A stretch of 64,000 nucleotides of DNA from Eledone cirrhosa. Its lineage: Eukaryota. Shown in pieces: positions 1 to 13,844 of the stretch. The notes under the pieces are model-generated. The model saw only the letters and a program-made list of their open reading frames with translations. It was not told the origin of the DNA and ran no database searches. Every line of letters begins with the position of its first letter. The stretch's first letter is position 1. Where the stretch lies: assembly GCA_964016885.1 (NCBI GenBank), contig OZ024749.1, positions 12,524,001-12,588,000 on the forward strand, read 5' to 3'. The translations under genes and the position numbers were made by a program.

Positions 1-990
1 AAAAAAGGCACAATATGCCCTATCCATAAAGGAGGAAGCAGAGCGGAGGCCAAACCCTACAGGCCAGTCTCCCTGACGTCACATATCAATAAAGTCATGG
101 AGCGAGTCATCAGAAAGAAACTGATCACTTTCCTCGAGGAAAATGACTGCCTGATTAGCACGCAGCATGGCTTCCGCCCAGGAAGAAGCTGCTACAACAC
201 TATGACTGGGTACTGAAACAACTGCTAGACAGCTCACATGTGGAAGTGATATATCTTGACTTTGCGAAGGCCTTTGACAAGGTCGACCATGGAATTATAT
301 GTCACAAACTACACAGGCTCAGCATAACTGGAAAAGTAGGTGAGTGCTGCATGATTTCTTAAAAGACAAGCCAGACAGTTGCAGCAAATTGGGCCTTCTC
401 AAAGAACACATCAATAACAAGTGGGGTGCCCCAGGGTACAGTCTTGGGACCACTATTATTTTTGGTGGCTCTCTCAGACATGCCCTCTGTAGTACATACA
501 ACATCCCTCACTAGCTATGCTGATGACACTAAGGTAGCACAGGCAATCAAAAACGCGGCTGATGCTGCCCTTTTACAACAAGATCTGGATGCCATATACA
601 AATGGGCTGAGGACAACAACATGCAGTTTAATGCTGGAAAATTTCAAGCCTACAATACCAGCCTGCAAACACAAATAAAGTACAACACAGCTACACAGGA
701 CCAGGATATCCCCGTGTTGAAATCGATACGAGACCTGGGAATAGACATGAGCGACGATGCAATTTCTTTCCTCACACATCATGAAGGTGGCGACAATGTG
801 CAGACGACTCGCTGGCTGGATCTTGGGGACTTTCCGAACAAGAGACCGAGAGACCATGTTGATACTATAGAGGACATTTGTCCTAAGCCGCCTGGACTAT
901 TGAGCCCAGCTGTGGTCACCCCACAGTATCAAACTAAGCACGGAACTTGAGGCAATCCAACAAAGCTACACCAAGACGATTGCGATGAGT
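1..990 (+). mobile_element. CR1/L2-group LINE reverse transcriptase fragment (decayed)
   Basis: Translates to NYRPVSLTS, QHGFRPGRSC, YLDFAKAFDKVDH, GVPQGTVLGPLLF, SYADDTK, with frameshifts. Confidence 0.9.
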
Positions 991-1404
991 TAAAAACTCA
1001 CATCAATCCCCTATAATTTAGGAAGCTCAAGTAATATATATTCTGGGCTCTTTATAAATCAGCATCTAGAGAGAAGTACACAGAGATATGTGTTCAATCA
1101 TAGGGCATCGAAAACCACCAGAGTGACAAACATATTACCTACAGAAGGAATGGTGAATATGAAAGAATGGTGAATATAAATCAATAAAAAGAATATATTA
1201 AAGTATACTAACCATTCAATTATAACAATAACACCCGGACATGCTCAAATAAGAGTATGTTTCGCTATAAAAAGTGAAGAATACATATTGTAGATGTAGC
1301 TGATCGGCGGGTGCCTAGCAATACGATCAACACTTCTAAATAAATATACCAGATAACTAAGAAAACCTGCATGGTAGAGAGGAACGACGTGCGTTTTATA
1401 ACCC

Positions 1405-2260
1405 ATGGTGGAGTGAATAGCTGATTAGAGACCGAATTAACCTTGATGAAATGCAGTTTGGATTTGTGCCAGGAAAAAGTATCACGGATGGCCTCTTACT
1501 CATGAGGCTTTAGCAGAAAAGAATGTTTGTTTTGTATGGCAATGTTAGCAGAAAAATGATATTTAGTTAGTTGCTATAGCAGGAAAAGATGTTTTGTAAC
1601 AGTGAATGTAACATTACTGAAGTTAATAATGGTTGTATTCAGTTGTCGCCACAAAAGGCGATGAATCTGTTGTTGTGGTATGATAGAACCTTGGGAAAAG
1701 GATTTTCCCAGTGTGTATGCAAGATTCGTTGGTGGCAGAAATATCATAAGGCTTTATCAATGTTTTTACATGGTTTATTTACAATCGAATTAATTTACAA
1801 TATGTTGTGCTGGCATGCTGTAAAAGTGAATGAACAAAAATAAGTGTTTGATACAAAGAAAGAGGTCCCTTGCTGACAAGGCCAAAGTTTCTTATTTATC
1901 ATTACATTTTTGTTAGTGTTGACACGTAAAGGAAAATGGATATTATCTTCTTGAAGTAAAAGCAGCAAGTAGTGAGGTGAAACAAAAGAAGCGCGGAAGT
2001 TGTTTATATTCATGCGCAACTTACGATTGGTCAACCGGTAACCAAATCACACATGAAAGATTAATGTTGCGAGCTATGAAGTAATGCCGCTACAAGGCAA
2101 CTGCAGGAGAAGTACCTAACTAAAAGTAAACCCCTCTACTTAGCTTTTGTTGACTTGGAGAAAGCCTTATCTGGTGGGCACTTAGAAAACTAGGAGTAGA
2201 TGAGAGGCTTGTGAGAGCTATACAAGCCATGTATAGAGTAACAGTCAGTAAGGTTAGAAT
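1405..2260 (+). mobile_element. RTE LINE RT fragment split by a ~580 bp unrelated insert (~1510-2093)
   Basis: LIRDRINLDEMQFGFVPGKS at 1421-1480 resumes as RQLQEKYLTKSKPLYLAFVDLEKA at ~2095; same family as 22443-22835. Confidence 0.8.
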
Positions 2261-2580
2261 GCACATATGCATTTATGTTGGGATATATAAAAACATATAT
2301 ACTTATAAACATATGTATGTGCATGCATGTGGTGTATGTTTGTGTGGGAGTGAGTATCCTATCTTCTTTCCTACTTACTAACAATTTAGCTTTGGTTGTT
2401 TCCTCTCAGACCTTTTGAATCTAAATTCCATTTCCATAGTCGGAACTTATTCTCTAGTTCTTCTATGGATTCAGATATAGGGACCAGACCATCTGCATAG
2501 AGAAGTTCCATTGGACAACCAGCTTTAAAGTCCTCTGTTATGGCCAGTAGTGGGCTAAGAACTGAAACTTGATGAACTCC

Positions 2581-5118
2581 TACCTGTACCTGACTTCCTA
2601 CTCTCTCATTACTGACAGCTCCTCTGTACCTGACTTCCTACTCTCTCATTACTGACAGCTCCTCTGTACCTGACTTCCTACTCTCTCATTACTGACAGCT
2701 CCTCTGTACCTGACTTCCTACTCTCTCATTACTGACAGCTCCTCTGTACCTGACTTCCTACTCTCTCATTACTGACAGCTCCTCTGTACCTGACTTCCTA
2801 CTCTCTCATTACTGACAGCTCCTCTGTACATGGCTTCCTACTCTCTCATTACTGACAGCACCTCTGTACCTGACTTCCTACTCTCTCATTACTGACAGCT
2901 CCTCTGTACCTGACTTCCTACTCTCTCATTACTGACAGCACCTCTGTACCTGACTTCCTACTCTCTCATTACTGACAGCTCCTCTGTACCTGACTTCCTA
3001 CTCTCTCATTACTGACAGCTCCTCTGTACCTGACTTCCTACTCTCTCATTACTGACAGCACCTCTGTACCTGACTTCCTACTCTCTCATTACTGACAGCT
3101 CCTCTGTACATGGCTTCCTACTCTCTCATTACTGACAGCACCTCTGTACCTGACTTCCTACTCTCTCATTACTGACAGCTCCTCTGTACCTGACTTCCTA
3201 CTCTCTCATTACTGACAGCTCCTCTGTACATGGCTTCCTACTCTCTCATTACTGACAGCTCCTCTGTACCTGACTTCCTACTCTCTCATTACTGACAGCT
3301 CCTCTGTACCTGACTTCCTACTCTCTCATTACTGACAGCTCCTCTGTACCTGACTTCCTACTCTCTCATTACTGACAGCACCTCTGTACCTGACTTCCTA
3401 CTCTCTCATTACTGACAGCTCCTCTGTACCTGACTTCCTACTCTCTCATTACTGACAGCACCTCTGTACCTGACTTCCTACTCTCTCATTACTGACAGCA
3501 CCTCTGTACCTGACTTCCTACTCTCTCATTACTGACAGCACCTCTGTACCTGACTTCCTACTCTCTCATTACTGACAGCTCCTCTGTACCTGACTTCCTA
3601 CTCTCTCATTACTGACAGCTCCTCTGTACCTGACTTCCTACTCTCTCATTACTGACAGCTCCTCTGTACCTGACTTCCTACTCTCTCATTACTGACAGCT
3701 CCTCTGTACCTGACTTCCTACTCTCTCATTACTGACAGCTCCTCTGTACCTGACTTCCTACTCTCTCATTACTGACAGCACCTCTGTACCTGACTTCCTA
3801 CTCTCTCATTACTGACAGCTCCTCTGTACCTGACTTCCTACTCTCTCATTACTGACAGCTCCTCTGTACATGACTTCCTACTCTCTCATTACTGACAGCT
3901 CCTCTGTACATGGCTTCCTACTCTCTCATTACTGACAGCACCTCTGTACCTGACTTCCTACTCTCTCATTACTGACAGCTCCTCTGTACCTGACTTCCTA
4001 CTCTCTCATTACTGACAGCACCTCTGTACCTGACTTCCTACTCTCTCATTACTGACAGCTCCTCTGTACCTGACTTCCTACTCTCTCATTACTGACAGCT
4101 CCTCTGTACCTGACTTCCTACTCTCTCATTACTGACAGCTCCTCTGTACCTGACTTCCTACTCTCTCATTACTGACAGCACCTCTGTACCTGACTTCCTA
4201 CTCTCTCATTACTGACAGCTCCTCTGTACCTGACTTCCTACTCTCTCATTACTGACAGCTCCTCTGTACCTGACTTCCTACTCTCTCATTACTGACAGCT
4301 CCTCTGTACCTGACTTCCTACTCTCTCATTACTGACAGCTCCTCTGTACCTGACTTCCTACTCTCTCATTACTGACAGCACCTCTGTACCTGACTTCCTA
4401 CTCTCTCATTACTGACAGCTCCTCTGTACATGGCTTCCTACTCTCTCATTACTGACAGCACCTCTGTACCTGACTTCCTACTCTCTCATTACTGACAGCA
4501 CCTCTGTACCTGACTTCCTACTCTCTCATTACTGACAGCTCCTCTGTACCTGACTTCCTACTCTCTCATTACTGACAGCACCTCTGTACCTGACTTCCTA
4601 CTCTCTCATTACTGACAGCTCCTCTGTACCTGACTTCCTACTCTCTCATTACTGACAGCACCTCTGTACCTGACTTCCTACTCTCTCATTACTGACAGCT
4701 CCTCTGTACCTGACTTCCTACTCTCTCATTACTGACAGCTCCTCTGTACCTGACTTCCTACTCTCTCATTACTGACAGCACCTCTGTACCTGACTTCCTA
4801 CTCTCTCATTACTGACAGCTCCTCTGTACCTGACTTCCTACTCTCTCATTACTGACAGCACCTCTGTACCTGACTTCCTACTCTCTCATTACTGACAGCT
4901 CCTCTGTACCTGGCTTCCTACTCTCTCATTACTGACAGCACCTCTGTACCTGACTTCCTACTCTCTCATTACTGACAGCTCCTCTGTACCTGACTTCCTA
5001 CTCTCTCATTACTGACAGCACCTCTGTACCTGACTTCCTACTCTCTCATTACTGACAGCACCTCTGTACCTGACTTCCTACTCTCTCATTACTGACAGCT
5101 CCTCTGTACATGGCTTCC
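2581..5118. repeat. 40-bp minisatellite, ~63 copies (cctctgtacctgacttcctactctctcattactgacagct/a)
   Basis: Directly visible head-to-tail tandem array with no spacers. Confidence 0.98.
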
Positions 5119-6089
5119 AATTTAATGCAAAATTAACCAAAAATTACAATGTGTGTTGCAAAAAGTGAAAGTAAATATTTATCAATCAGATATGACACAA
5201 TGTGGGACTAAAAGTACGTTTGTCCAATGATATATGATGCAATGCAAAACTGAAAGTAGGATTAACCAATCAGATACGGTACAATAGAGCAGTGGAAAGA
5301 ATATAGGATTACAAGGACCACATTTCTTTCAAAATAATATGATAAATAGGTCACTTACTTGCAGGGTGATCAAGGGGATTGGAACCCCTGATCAGGGTGT
5401 TGTGTTGTCATCCTCCTCCTCACAATGGTGTCAAAAGAATATATACTTACCATATCTAGGCTGGATTTCCAGATTTTGCAGAAATCTTTTATTCAAATGT
5501 GCAGGTATGACTATGATTAAGGGTTAAATGGTTATAGTGTTCACTTTATTACCATGAGGTTTATGGTGTTTAACCCATTACTGTGCGACTGGAACTATCC
5601 TTCTAGGATAGCATATATATATACATTGAAGAGAAATGTGTCAATTTAGACCAACATGTAAAGTGGTTGGTGATAGGAAGGACATCCAGTTATAGAAAGC
5701 TTGCCAAACAAAGGGTTGGGAGGACCCTCAGTTTTGTCAAAGACGTAACAACCTCTTTGCACTTTGTAGAATGTGAGACCACACATAAGCAAGACATTGA
5801 TCATAGGGTGATCATCACCCTGCTTCAGTTCTGACTTGGTCTAAGTAGACCCATTCACACCTTGCTAGCAGGGAAAGTAGACAAACGCTAATGATGATAA
5901 TGATGTGTGCATGTATATACAATGGACTCCCCCTTTGATTCAACATATGAGGGTTCAACAGTCTTTTCAGTTTATTGTTCTATGTTTATGCCTTAAATGG
6001 CACTTCAATCCAGTTGCTGATTTACACATAAATCTGCATTCAGTGCAGATGACAGAATCTTGAACACAGCAGGCTGGAATGCCTGACCA

Positions 6090-7015
6090 GAGTTTGGTGT
6101 CAGATCTTATCTAACGGAGGTGGGCTAAACAAGATTTCTCAAAGTTCTTTATACCTTTGTGGCAGACAGTTCTCCATTTTTTATGGCTGGCAGTCATGGC
6201 TTCAAACGAAGAAAGAGGTATGTTGACAGACTTAAGTTTGTCCTTATATCGGAGTAGTGCCCTACCCACACTATGTGCACCATCCTGGAGCTGACTGTAC
6301 AACAGTACTTCAGAGATCTGTAGGACATGACCTACCCATCTGAGTTGGGATTGGATCAGAAATGACTTGATTCCACCAATGTTGCACCTTGCGAACAGTT
6401 CGGCATTGGAGACTGTTAGAAAGTGCATATCCACAGACAGAGTGAAGACATCGTTTGTGGAGGGCATCAAGCTTATGTATGTGAGTGCAGTAAATGGAGG
6501 ACATCAAGCTTATATATGTGAGTGCAGTAAATGGAGGACATCAAGCTTATGTATGTGAGTGCAGTAAATGGAGGACATCAAGCTTATGTATGTGAGTGCA
6601 GTAAATGGAGGACATCAAGCCTATGTATGTGAGTGCAGTAAAGTGTCCTTGACTGTGAGCCATATAAGAGTGTTGTCAGTATCACTGCACAATAAACTGC
6701 AACTTTTGTTTTCATAGGCAGTGATGTAGTCTGTCAAAAGCATCAGTTGCCTTGCAGATGCAATTAACAATCTCATCCAGGGATGCTGCAGAGTGGTTCA
6801 CCTTGCTGCCAAGGTAAGTAAAGGAGGTCACATACTTCAGACCTTTGCCATCAATAGTGATGGGTGCAAGAGGATGCCCTTCATCTGGTCACACCAGTTT
6901 AACGCCTCCTACTAGATTGGGAGATGTGTTTGGTTGATGTACCACCTCTGTCTTCTTGATGGTGATTGTTAGACCAAAAGGTAAGTGAAAACGGGTTCAT
7001 CAATTTCTGTGACTC
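6090..7015 (-). mobile_element. RTE (BovB-like) LINE, RT C-terminal fragment
   Basis: GLTITIKKTEVV, SFTYLGS, TLLYGSQ, QLRWVGHV, RYKDKLK motifs on the minus strand, disrupted. Confidence 0.85.
6465..6641. repeat. 37-bp tandem repeat (~4.8 copies) inside the RTE coding sequence
   Basis: catcaagcttatgtatgtgagtgcagtaaatggagga repeated. Confidence 0.9.
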
Positions 7016-7050
7016 TTTGGGGATGTTGTGTATGTATATATATATATATA

Positions 7051-7475
7051 TTGGCCTTGCAATCAAAAGGTTGTGAGTTCAATTCTCAGACCGGGTGATG
7101 TGTTGTTTCCTTGAGCAAGACACTTTATTTCACATTGCTCCAGTTTACGGACGTGTACGTGCCATGGCAAAAAAAGCACCCAGCACTCTGTAAAGTGGTC
7201 GTGGAGGTGCCACGGTAAAAAAGCACCCATCACTCACTGAGGTTGGTGTTAGGAAGGGCATCCAGCTGTAGAAATCAAGCCAGAATCAGTTCCCGTCCCA
7301 CCCTTGCAAGCAGGGAAAAGCGAACATAAAATGATGATGATGATGATATATATATATATACCAACATGGAAAAGTGGGCATAAAAGCATGAGAGGCATCT
7401 GACTGTGGAAAACTGCCTCAAGTAACCTCGTCCAACCCATGCCAACAGGGAAAAGCAAACATAGAAATGATAATC
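7051..7475 (+). mobile_element. SINE family A (5'-truncated) plus a tail fragment
   Basis: Matches 29789-30137 and 35604-35943; (atg)n tail. Confidence 0.85.
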
Positions 7476-7685
7476 CTTATACATGATCATACCTGCACTT
7501 ATAAATATTTCAACAGGAGAAATGATAAATTTATTTGAACCAACAAAAATATTTTTGTTGTTTCATAAGTAATTTTTAATTATTTCCAATAATTAGTAAT
7601 AACAATCACAATAATACATAGACTCAGTAAGTTTTAATTATTTTTAAAATACTGTTAATTAACATATATGTACTGATTTACTTAC

Positions 7686-7923
7686 TTAACCCTTTCATGG
7701 CAGTTTTTCTAATGGAATACATGCTATTTCAATTAATTAATGAAGAATTTTGAGGAATTTACTAAAATTATTAATTATTTCATTACTAAGATAGTTACTT
7801 AATGTAAGGTTCTGATATAGAAGTGTTGGAAGATTTTAATTTAAATTGAAAACCTTTAAAATGGATGGTTTTATTTCATAAAACCAGAGCCGGTTTTGAC
7901 TGGTTTGTTAACTAAAGGATTAA
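7686..7923. mobile_element. TTAA-flanked piggyBac-like MITE (related copies ~36523-37030, 38013-38222, 49769-50015)
   Basis: ttaacccttt...aaaggattaa termini; shared internal sequence with other copies. Confidence 0.5.
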
Positions 7924-8268
7924 AGGGTAAGTAACCCTTTCATTATATTTTTAAATGACAGACACTACTTATAGTTTTCAAGTAGTTTTGAAAATAATCA
8001 AGAATTTGGAGAGATTTAGTAATAATTTATGTGTTAGAATTAAGGGCATCTGTTGTAGAACCCATGAGAAACAAAGACATAGCAACCTCCCAAGTACACA
8101 ATAAAATGCTCCCAGTACACTCTGTAAAGTGGTTAGACATCTAATGGAGACAGCATAGAATAAAGAACCCTTTAGTCTTGGTGTGGACACAAAAACTTAT
8201 CTGGATCTAAGTTGAAGGGATATGTGATAAAGGTGGGCCAGAAAAGATTTGGGTGATAAGGGGAAAAT

Positions 8269-8458
8269 TGAGGTTCACCCTCCTGAGATTAGCTTCCATA
8301 ATATCTGGCTAAGGCTATCTCGGAATACCTCTACCCTATCTTCCATCTATCTGTGTCTTTTCTTTGTAAGACACAGATAGAGGGAAGATAGGGTAGAGGT
8401 ATTCCGAGATAGCCTTAGCCAGATATTATGGAAGCTAATCTCAGGAGGGTGATCCTCA
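8269..8458. repeat. Near-perfect ~190-bp palindrome (~90-bp arms, short loop)
   Basis: tgaggttcaccctcctgagattagc... mirrored by ...gctaatctcaggagggtgatcctca. Confidence 0.95.
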
Positions 8459-9444
8459 CAAAGAGAAGAAAAAGTAGAAGGATGCTGTGGTAGAGGTATT
8501 CCGTGGTAAACTTAGGCAAACGGATCGAGAGGACCCTTTTTGTCCTGTTGAGGATTTGACAACCTCTCTAGAGCTGATACCACAATAAAATGTACTCATC
8601 ACACTATTTTAAGAGTTTGACAATCAAATGGAGATTGTGTAGTGTAGAGTGGACCCTTAAATTTTGTTGAGAATATAATGGCCTCCCTAGATTTATGTAG
8701 AAGGAAAATGTAGAAGAGGAAAGCCAAGTAAGTTGTGGTAGAGAAGACCTATTCAACCCACGCAAGCAAATATGGAGAAAAAAATGTATACCAAAATGCT
8801 GATAACGAGATATTAATTAACAATAAATAAAATATTTACAGACTCTTTGTATTATTGCAAAATTTTCCCCCAAATAATTAAACATTCAATTTATAAATGT
8901 CATCTTTTTGTTGCTTATAAATGTCATTTTTTTTATTTATCTAATTTCAAAATATTAATTTAAACAAAACATTTTAAAAAGTTAACCCTTTTGGCTTTCT
9001 AATGAAGTTGGAGGGATTTACTAAAGTTATTATTTCAATGTTGTGATATTTGTGAAGTAATGTCAGGTTGCTCTTGGGCTCTACTGGTAACATAACCCAG
9101 TACGACCCATCACATGGTCAGGTTATTGGCGACTAAACCGGCAAATTCACCAAGCTTGCTTAATGAGGACGATTATTTCAGGCCACACTGCAGGATGAAA
9201 AATAAAACCCTTCAAAGGGTGGAGGAACTTAGGACAGTCAATGGCCATCCAATAGTGTAAAAAAACAAAAACAAATCAGGCATACAGAGCTTGTTAGCTT
9301 TGGTAGGCAGTATGTGTCTAGAACGATCACTGACTTCAAACCTGCAGTAGGTAGGGCTCTATTGTTTGCTGGGTGACAACCTTTCAAGTGGCCAATGGCT
9401 TCATCCCTGTGAATAAGGCAGATGAACATCAACTCAGTAGGTAG

Positions 9445-9640
9445 TTTCCTCCTCAAGGAGGACTTCTCCGAACTCTCAGGTCCACAGGTGGTCGGCCTGC
9501 GCCGATGGAACCGTGACTGGCTCGCTATCTCCGTTGACTTAGCCTGGGCTACCATGGCTCGGGATGCCGTCAGGACAAGGGAAGAAGCCGGCTCAACCCG
9601 CCCAGGGTGAATGTCGACACAAGTACAAGTAGTAAGTAAG
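9445..9640 (+). mobile_element. 3' end of an RTE-clade LINE
   Basis: GLRRWNRDW...AGSTRPG* followed by a short (caagta)-like tail, resembling RTE 3' termini. Confidence 0.55.
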
Positions 9641-10804
9641 GTAGTTTCCGAGTAATGGACAGATGAGAATTCAGGAGCCCCTGGCATCACTCTTTCCCCT
9701 GATGAGGATTATGGACATACAACATCTAATAGAATAATATTGGTGCTATTGTCATTGGTCCCTGACTCTCAGCAATGAGGATGGGAGAGACCGGATCATA
9801 TATTTGTGAAGGCTCATAGCTAAGTGGGTTAAGGTGTTGGGATCACAATCATGATAGTGAGTTTGATCCCTGTACTGGGGCAGGTGATATACTCTGTCCT
9901 TGAGCAAGACACTTTATTTAATGTTGCTACAGTCCACTTAACTGAGGGGTGGGGGTGGGGGTGAAATGACTTTCAACATGACTTGTGCTAAGTAGTTTAT
10001 ATTTTAATTAAAATTGGAACCCTTAAAAATGAGCGGTCATAGTTTCACAGGGAAGCAGGTTGGGACCAAAAAGGGTTAAAATAGTTAGTAATAACAACAA
10101 CAATAGCTTTCTTTTCTTTCATTTAATATTTTTCTTCTTTTTTTATAAATAACAATAACAACAACAACAACAACAATAAGGTCCCAAGGTAGCAATATTA
10201 GTAAGGGGCTAGGGGTTAGTCAATGTAATCAATATAACTACAGGCAGTACTTGAATGGTCCTTTATTTTATTGGCCCCTACATTCCATCCAGTCCCTGGA
10301 AGCAATGATAAGAACTAAACTGACAATTTTTTAGTCTGATGCTCCAACGATCTTCTGAAATACGCCATCTCATAATAATTATAATTTCTGTATATTTAAG
10401 TGAAAACAACTCTATTTATAGGAGTATACAATTGCCAAGGCAGCATGCTGTCCAAAACATGTGTTGAACTATTAAATGATCAAACCTCTCTTACAGGCTT
10501 ATAATGACGTTAGAAACAGCAACCCCAAAAACGTCTGATACAACTCCACAAATTAAGGACTAGTTAATATTAATTAAAGTGGAATAGAAAGAAATTATTA
10601 GTGTTAGGGTAAGTTGATTTAATCAACCCTGTTTTATCACTGTTGGTTACACAAAAAGGGGCAGATACAGTGTAAGTATGAATAGATGATTACATTGACA
10701 ACCACCTTAGATGGAGATTGAAAACAAAACTAACAGGGATGTAACTTCATACATTGTATACCCTGCTAGCTTTGAACATATAAAAAGAAAACTCCCTACC
10801 TTTT

Positions 10805-10935
10805 TAACGTAGTCACTGGAAAGAAACAATGCAGTTATTAATAAGAAGAGTTGGAATTAATGCATGCAAGATTTCACAGTTCCAGCATCACTCCTTCATA
10901 GTCAACCTATATATATATTTCAGCCGACCCTCATA
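10805..10935. mobile_element. Mariner-type terminal fragment/MITE (also 13630-13763, 60330-60404)
   Basis: Shared block ending tttcagccgaccc(tc/tt)..ta, the reverse complement of a mariner-like TIR tacgagggtcggctgaaa. Confidence 0.65.
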
Positions 10936-10942
10936 TATATAT

Positions 10943-10998
<56 letters not shown>

Positions 10999-11716
10999 AG
11001 AGTGCAATTATAAGGGTGTGTTGTTTGAATCGCTCAGGGCTGTTACGAGGTCCTTCTCATATAAGGTTGTATACCAGAGTTAAGGCAGCTGTAGTGTGCA
11101 GCATGTAAATGAAGTAGGATCAAAGTGACTGTTGTAGCAAATATATACAAACTTTATTGGCATATTACAATTGTTTCAATATCGATTAACTCAGGGTACA
11201 ATCACAATTTTAGGGCCTAACTCTTCCTCAAATAGGCGAGATTATATGTGCAAAGACACATCCAAACTGTTAACAGAGGTTGCGGTATTCGTCATATATA
11301 TACATCATCATCGTTTAATGTCTATCTGCCACGCTAGCATGGGTTAGATGGGTTTGTCCCATTTGAGGCAAGTTGGGTCGGGTGACTGTGTCTTGCTCAT
11401 ATAGGAGAGTTTCTGGCTGGTTTTCTATGGCTGGATGCCCTTCCTAATGCCAACCACATTAACAGTGTGTGCTGGGAGCTTTTTGCCATGTCTTTTACAC
11501 ATTCACTTTACAGTGTGGGCTGGCTGATATATATCTATATATATATACATACATACATATATATATATATTATCATATTTCGGAATGGTCATGTTGCCAG
11601 TATTGCTAATAAAAAGAAACACACACACACACCATATGATTTTTACTTTTTCACTTTATCTGTATTACTAGTTGTTTGTTAGTTTATCAAAGTTCTTTCA
11701 AAGATGATAAAGGTAT

Positions 11717-11946
11717 GTGCACACAATTCACTGAGATACTCTATCTTATGGGCACACAATTCACTGAGATACTCTATCTTATGGGCACACAATTCACTGA
11801 GATACTCTACCTTATGGGCACACAATTCACTGAGATACTCTATCTTATGGGCACACAATTCACTGAGATACTCTATCTTATGGGCACACAATTCACTGAG
11901 ATACTCTATCTTATGGGCACACAATTCACTGAGATACTCTATCTTA
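11717..11946. repeat. 33-bp minisatellite, ~7 copies
   Basis: gggcacacaattcactgagatactctatcttat repeated. Confidence 0.95.
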
Positions 11947-12289
11947 AAGAGAAATTCCATTTCTAATTTTTTTTTTAATATTACGAAGAAAACCAGAAAA
12001 AAAGCTTAAAAAGAGACCATATATGTTGATAGTCTAAAACATTTATCAGGAGTTATATTTAGTGAAGACACACTCTGAATATTATCAGATAATTTATATT
12101 TACTTTATCGAATCATGCCTTTCTCATATATTGAATAAGTTCAGTCCTATCAGGAAAAGTACACATTAAATGATGATAGTGATGATGATTATGATTAAAT
12201 ATTGCAATGATATATAGGGGATTGTGATTGTCATGGATTCAATGAGTGCAATTGTATTGAGACTGGTATTATCAAAGTCTGTTCTAAGC

Positions 12290-12510
12290 TGATCATCAGG
12301 CTGGTGCTTATCTCCAGTTTCCTTGCTGCTACATGACAGAGTACAAGACTCTCCCTGGACAGGATGCCAGTCTATCGCAGGTTTAACTCCCCAGCTGCTG
12401 CTGGTACTCGCTCTCAGTTGTGTGTACTGGAGCAATGTGAAATAAAGTGTTTTGCTCAAGAACACAAAGCAGCCTCCTGTCCAGGAATTGAACCAACGAT
12501 ATTACGATAC
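12290..12510 (-). mobile_element. SINE family C (also 12835-13075 -, 41235-41452 -, 60490-60690 +)
   Basis: Shared cacattgctccagt and gatagactggcatcctgtccaggg blocks; tRNA-like head in the 60490 and 41400 copies. Confidence 0.7.
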
Positions 12511-13261
12511 TACATTAGGTCATCTTCCTTTCACTGGGATTTCTTGGCATGTCATCCAGCGATCATCATCCATATGCATCATGATCCAAGTGGTTTGTTC
12601 AAAAATCTCTCATGATGATTCAAGAAAATAAGTAAAACATTTTGAATGCCATCTGAAATAACTTTACTTTTTATTTCCTAGAATCAGTCAGAGAAAACTA
12701 TCCTATACCAGCTTAGAAAAAAATGGTCTAAAATAGGATTGTATTTAACCATTTACATAGCAGTCTGCCCTGAACTAGTTCTTGTTCTATAAAACAAAAG
12801 CACCTATCTTAAAAAGTTTAAAGTCTGTCTCGAGCCTGAAGCTTATTCTCGTCTGGCTGATGCTTATTCTGGTTTCCGTGGCATTAAACAATTGAGAGTA
12901 CAAGACTCCCCCACTGGACAGGACACCACTCCACCACAGGGTTAAACCCCCAGCTATAGCTGGTATTCATGTTCTGCTGAGTATACTGGAGCAATGTGAA
13001 AGGAAATATTTTGTTTATGAACACAACACACAAACCAGTCTAGGAATGGAACACACCATTATTCCATGCACCTCCACCATTTTAAAAGGTTTCTACTGAA
13101 ATTAAATCCTCCAATATAATTTTATATATGAACATTTCATTAAGTTGTGTTTATAAATGCCATCTTAATGAAATAATTTCGGTAAAGACTTCCAAATTCT
13201 GCAGAATTTGGAAGGCTTTACAATAAAGCAAAATGGCAGAAGGGAAGAGTAAAAATACATT

Positions 13262-13618
13262 AGCACTACAAGTATAGGCTTCCATAGCTGCAACTAATGT
13301 TAGCACCACAAGTATAGGCCTCCATAACTGCGACTAATACGTTAGCACCACAAGTATAGGCCTCCATAGCTGCGACTAATACGTTAGCACCACAAGCATA
13401 GGCCTCCATAGCTGCGACTAATACGTTAGCACCACAAGTATAGGCCTCCATAGCTGCGACTAATACGTTAGCACCACAAGTATAGGCTTCCATAGCTGTG
13501 ACTAATACGTTAGCACCACAAGTATAGGCTTCCATAGCTGCGACTAATACGTTAGCACCACAAGTATGGGCCTCCATAGCTGCGACTAATACGTTAGCAC
13601 CACAAGTATAGGCCTCCC
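13262..13618. repeat. 39-bp minisatellite, ~9 copies
   Basis: ttagcaccacaagtataggcctccatagctgcgactaatacg-like unit. Confidence 0.95.
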
Positions 13619-13844
13619 ACACTCAATTATAAAGAAAGAAATACTCTGGAAAGAAATAATGCAGTTATTAGTAAGAAGAGTTGAAATTAATGCATGCAAG
13701 ATTTCACAACTCTAGCATCAATCTTTCATAGTCAACCTATGAACTTTTCAGTCGACCTTCGTAAGTTATGTTTTTTTCAACAAACTTTAATATTTTCATG
13801 ACCATATTTCTCTGGAAATGCATTGAATATATATATTCTTCTGC

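Noticed and set aside
1510-2093. Insert splitting the RTE fragment as a named transposon
   Set aside because: No TIR, TSD or protein motif recognised
2581-5118. CRISPR-like array
   Set aside because: Contiguous tandem units with no unique spacers, no cas genes, eukaryotic context
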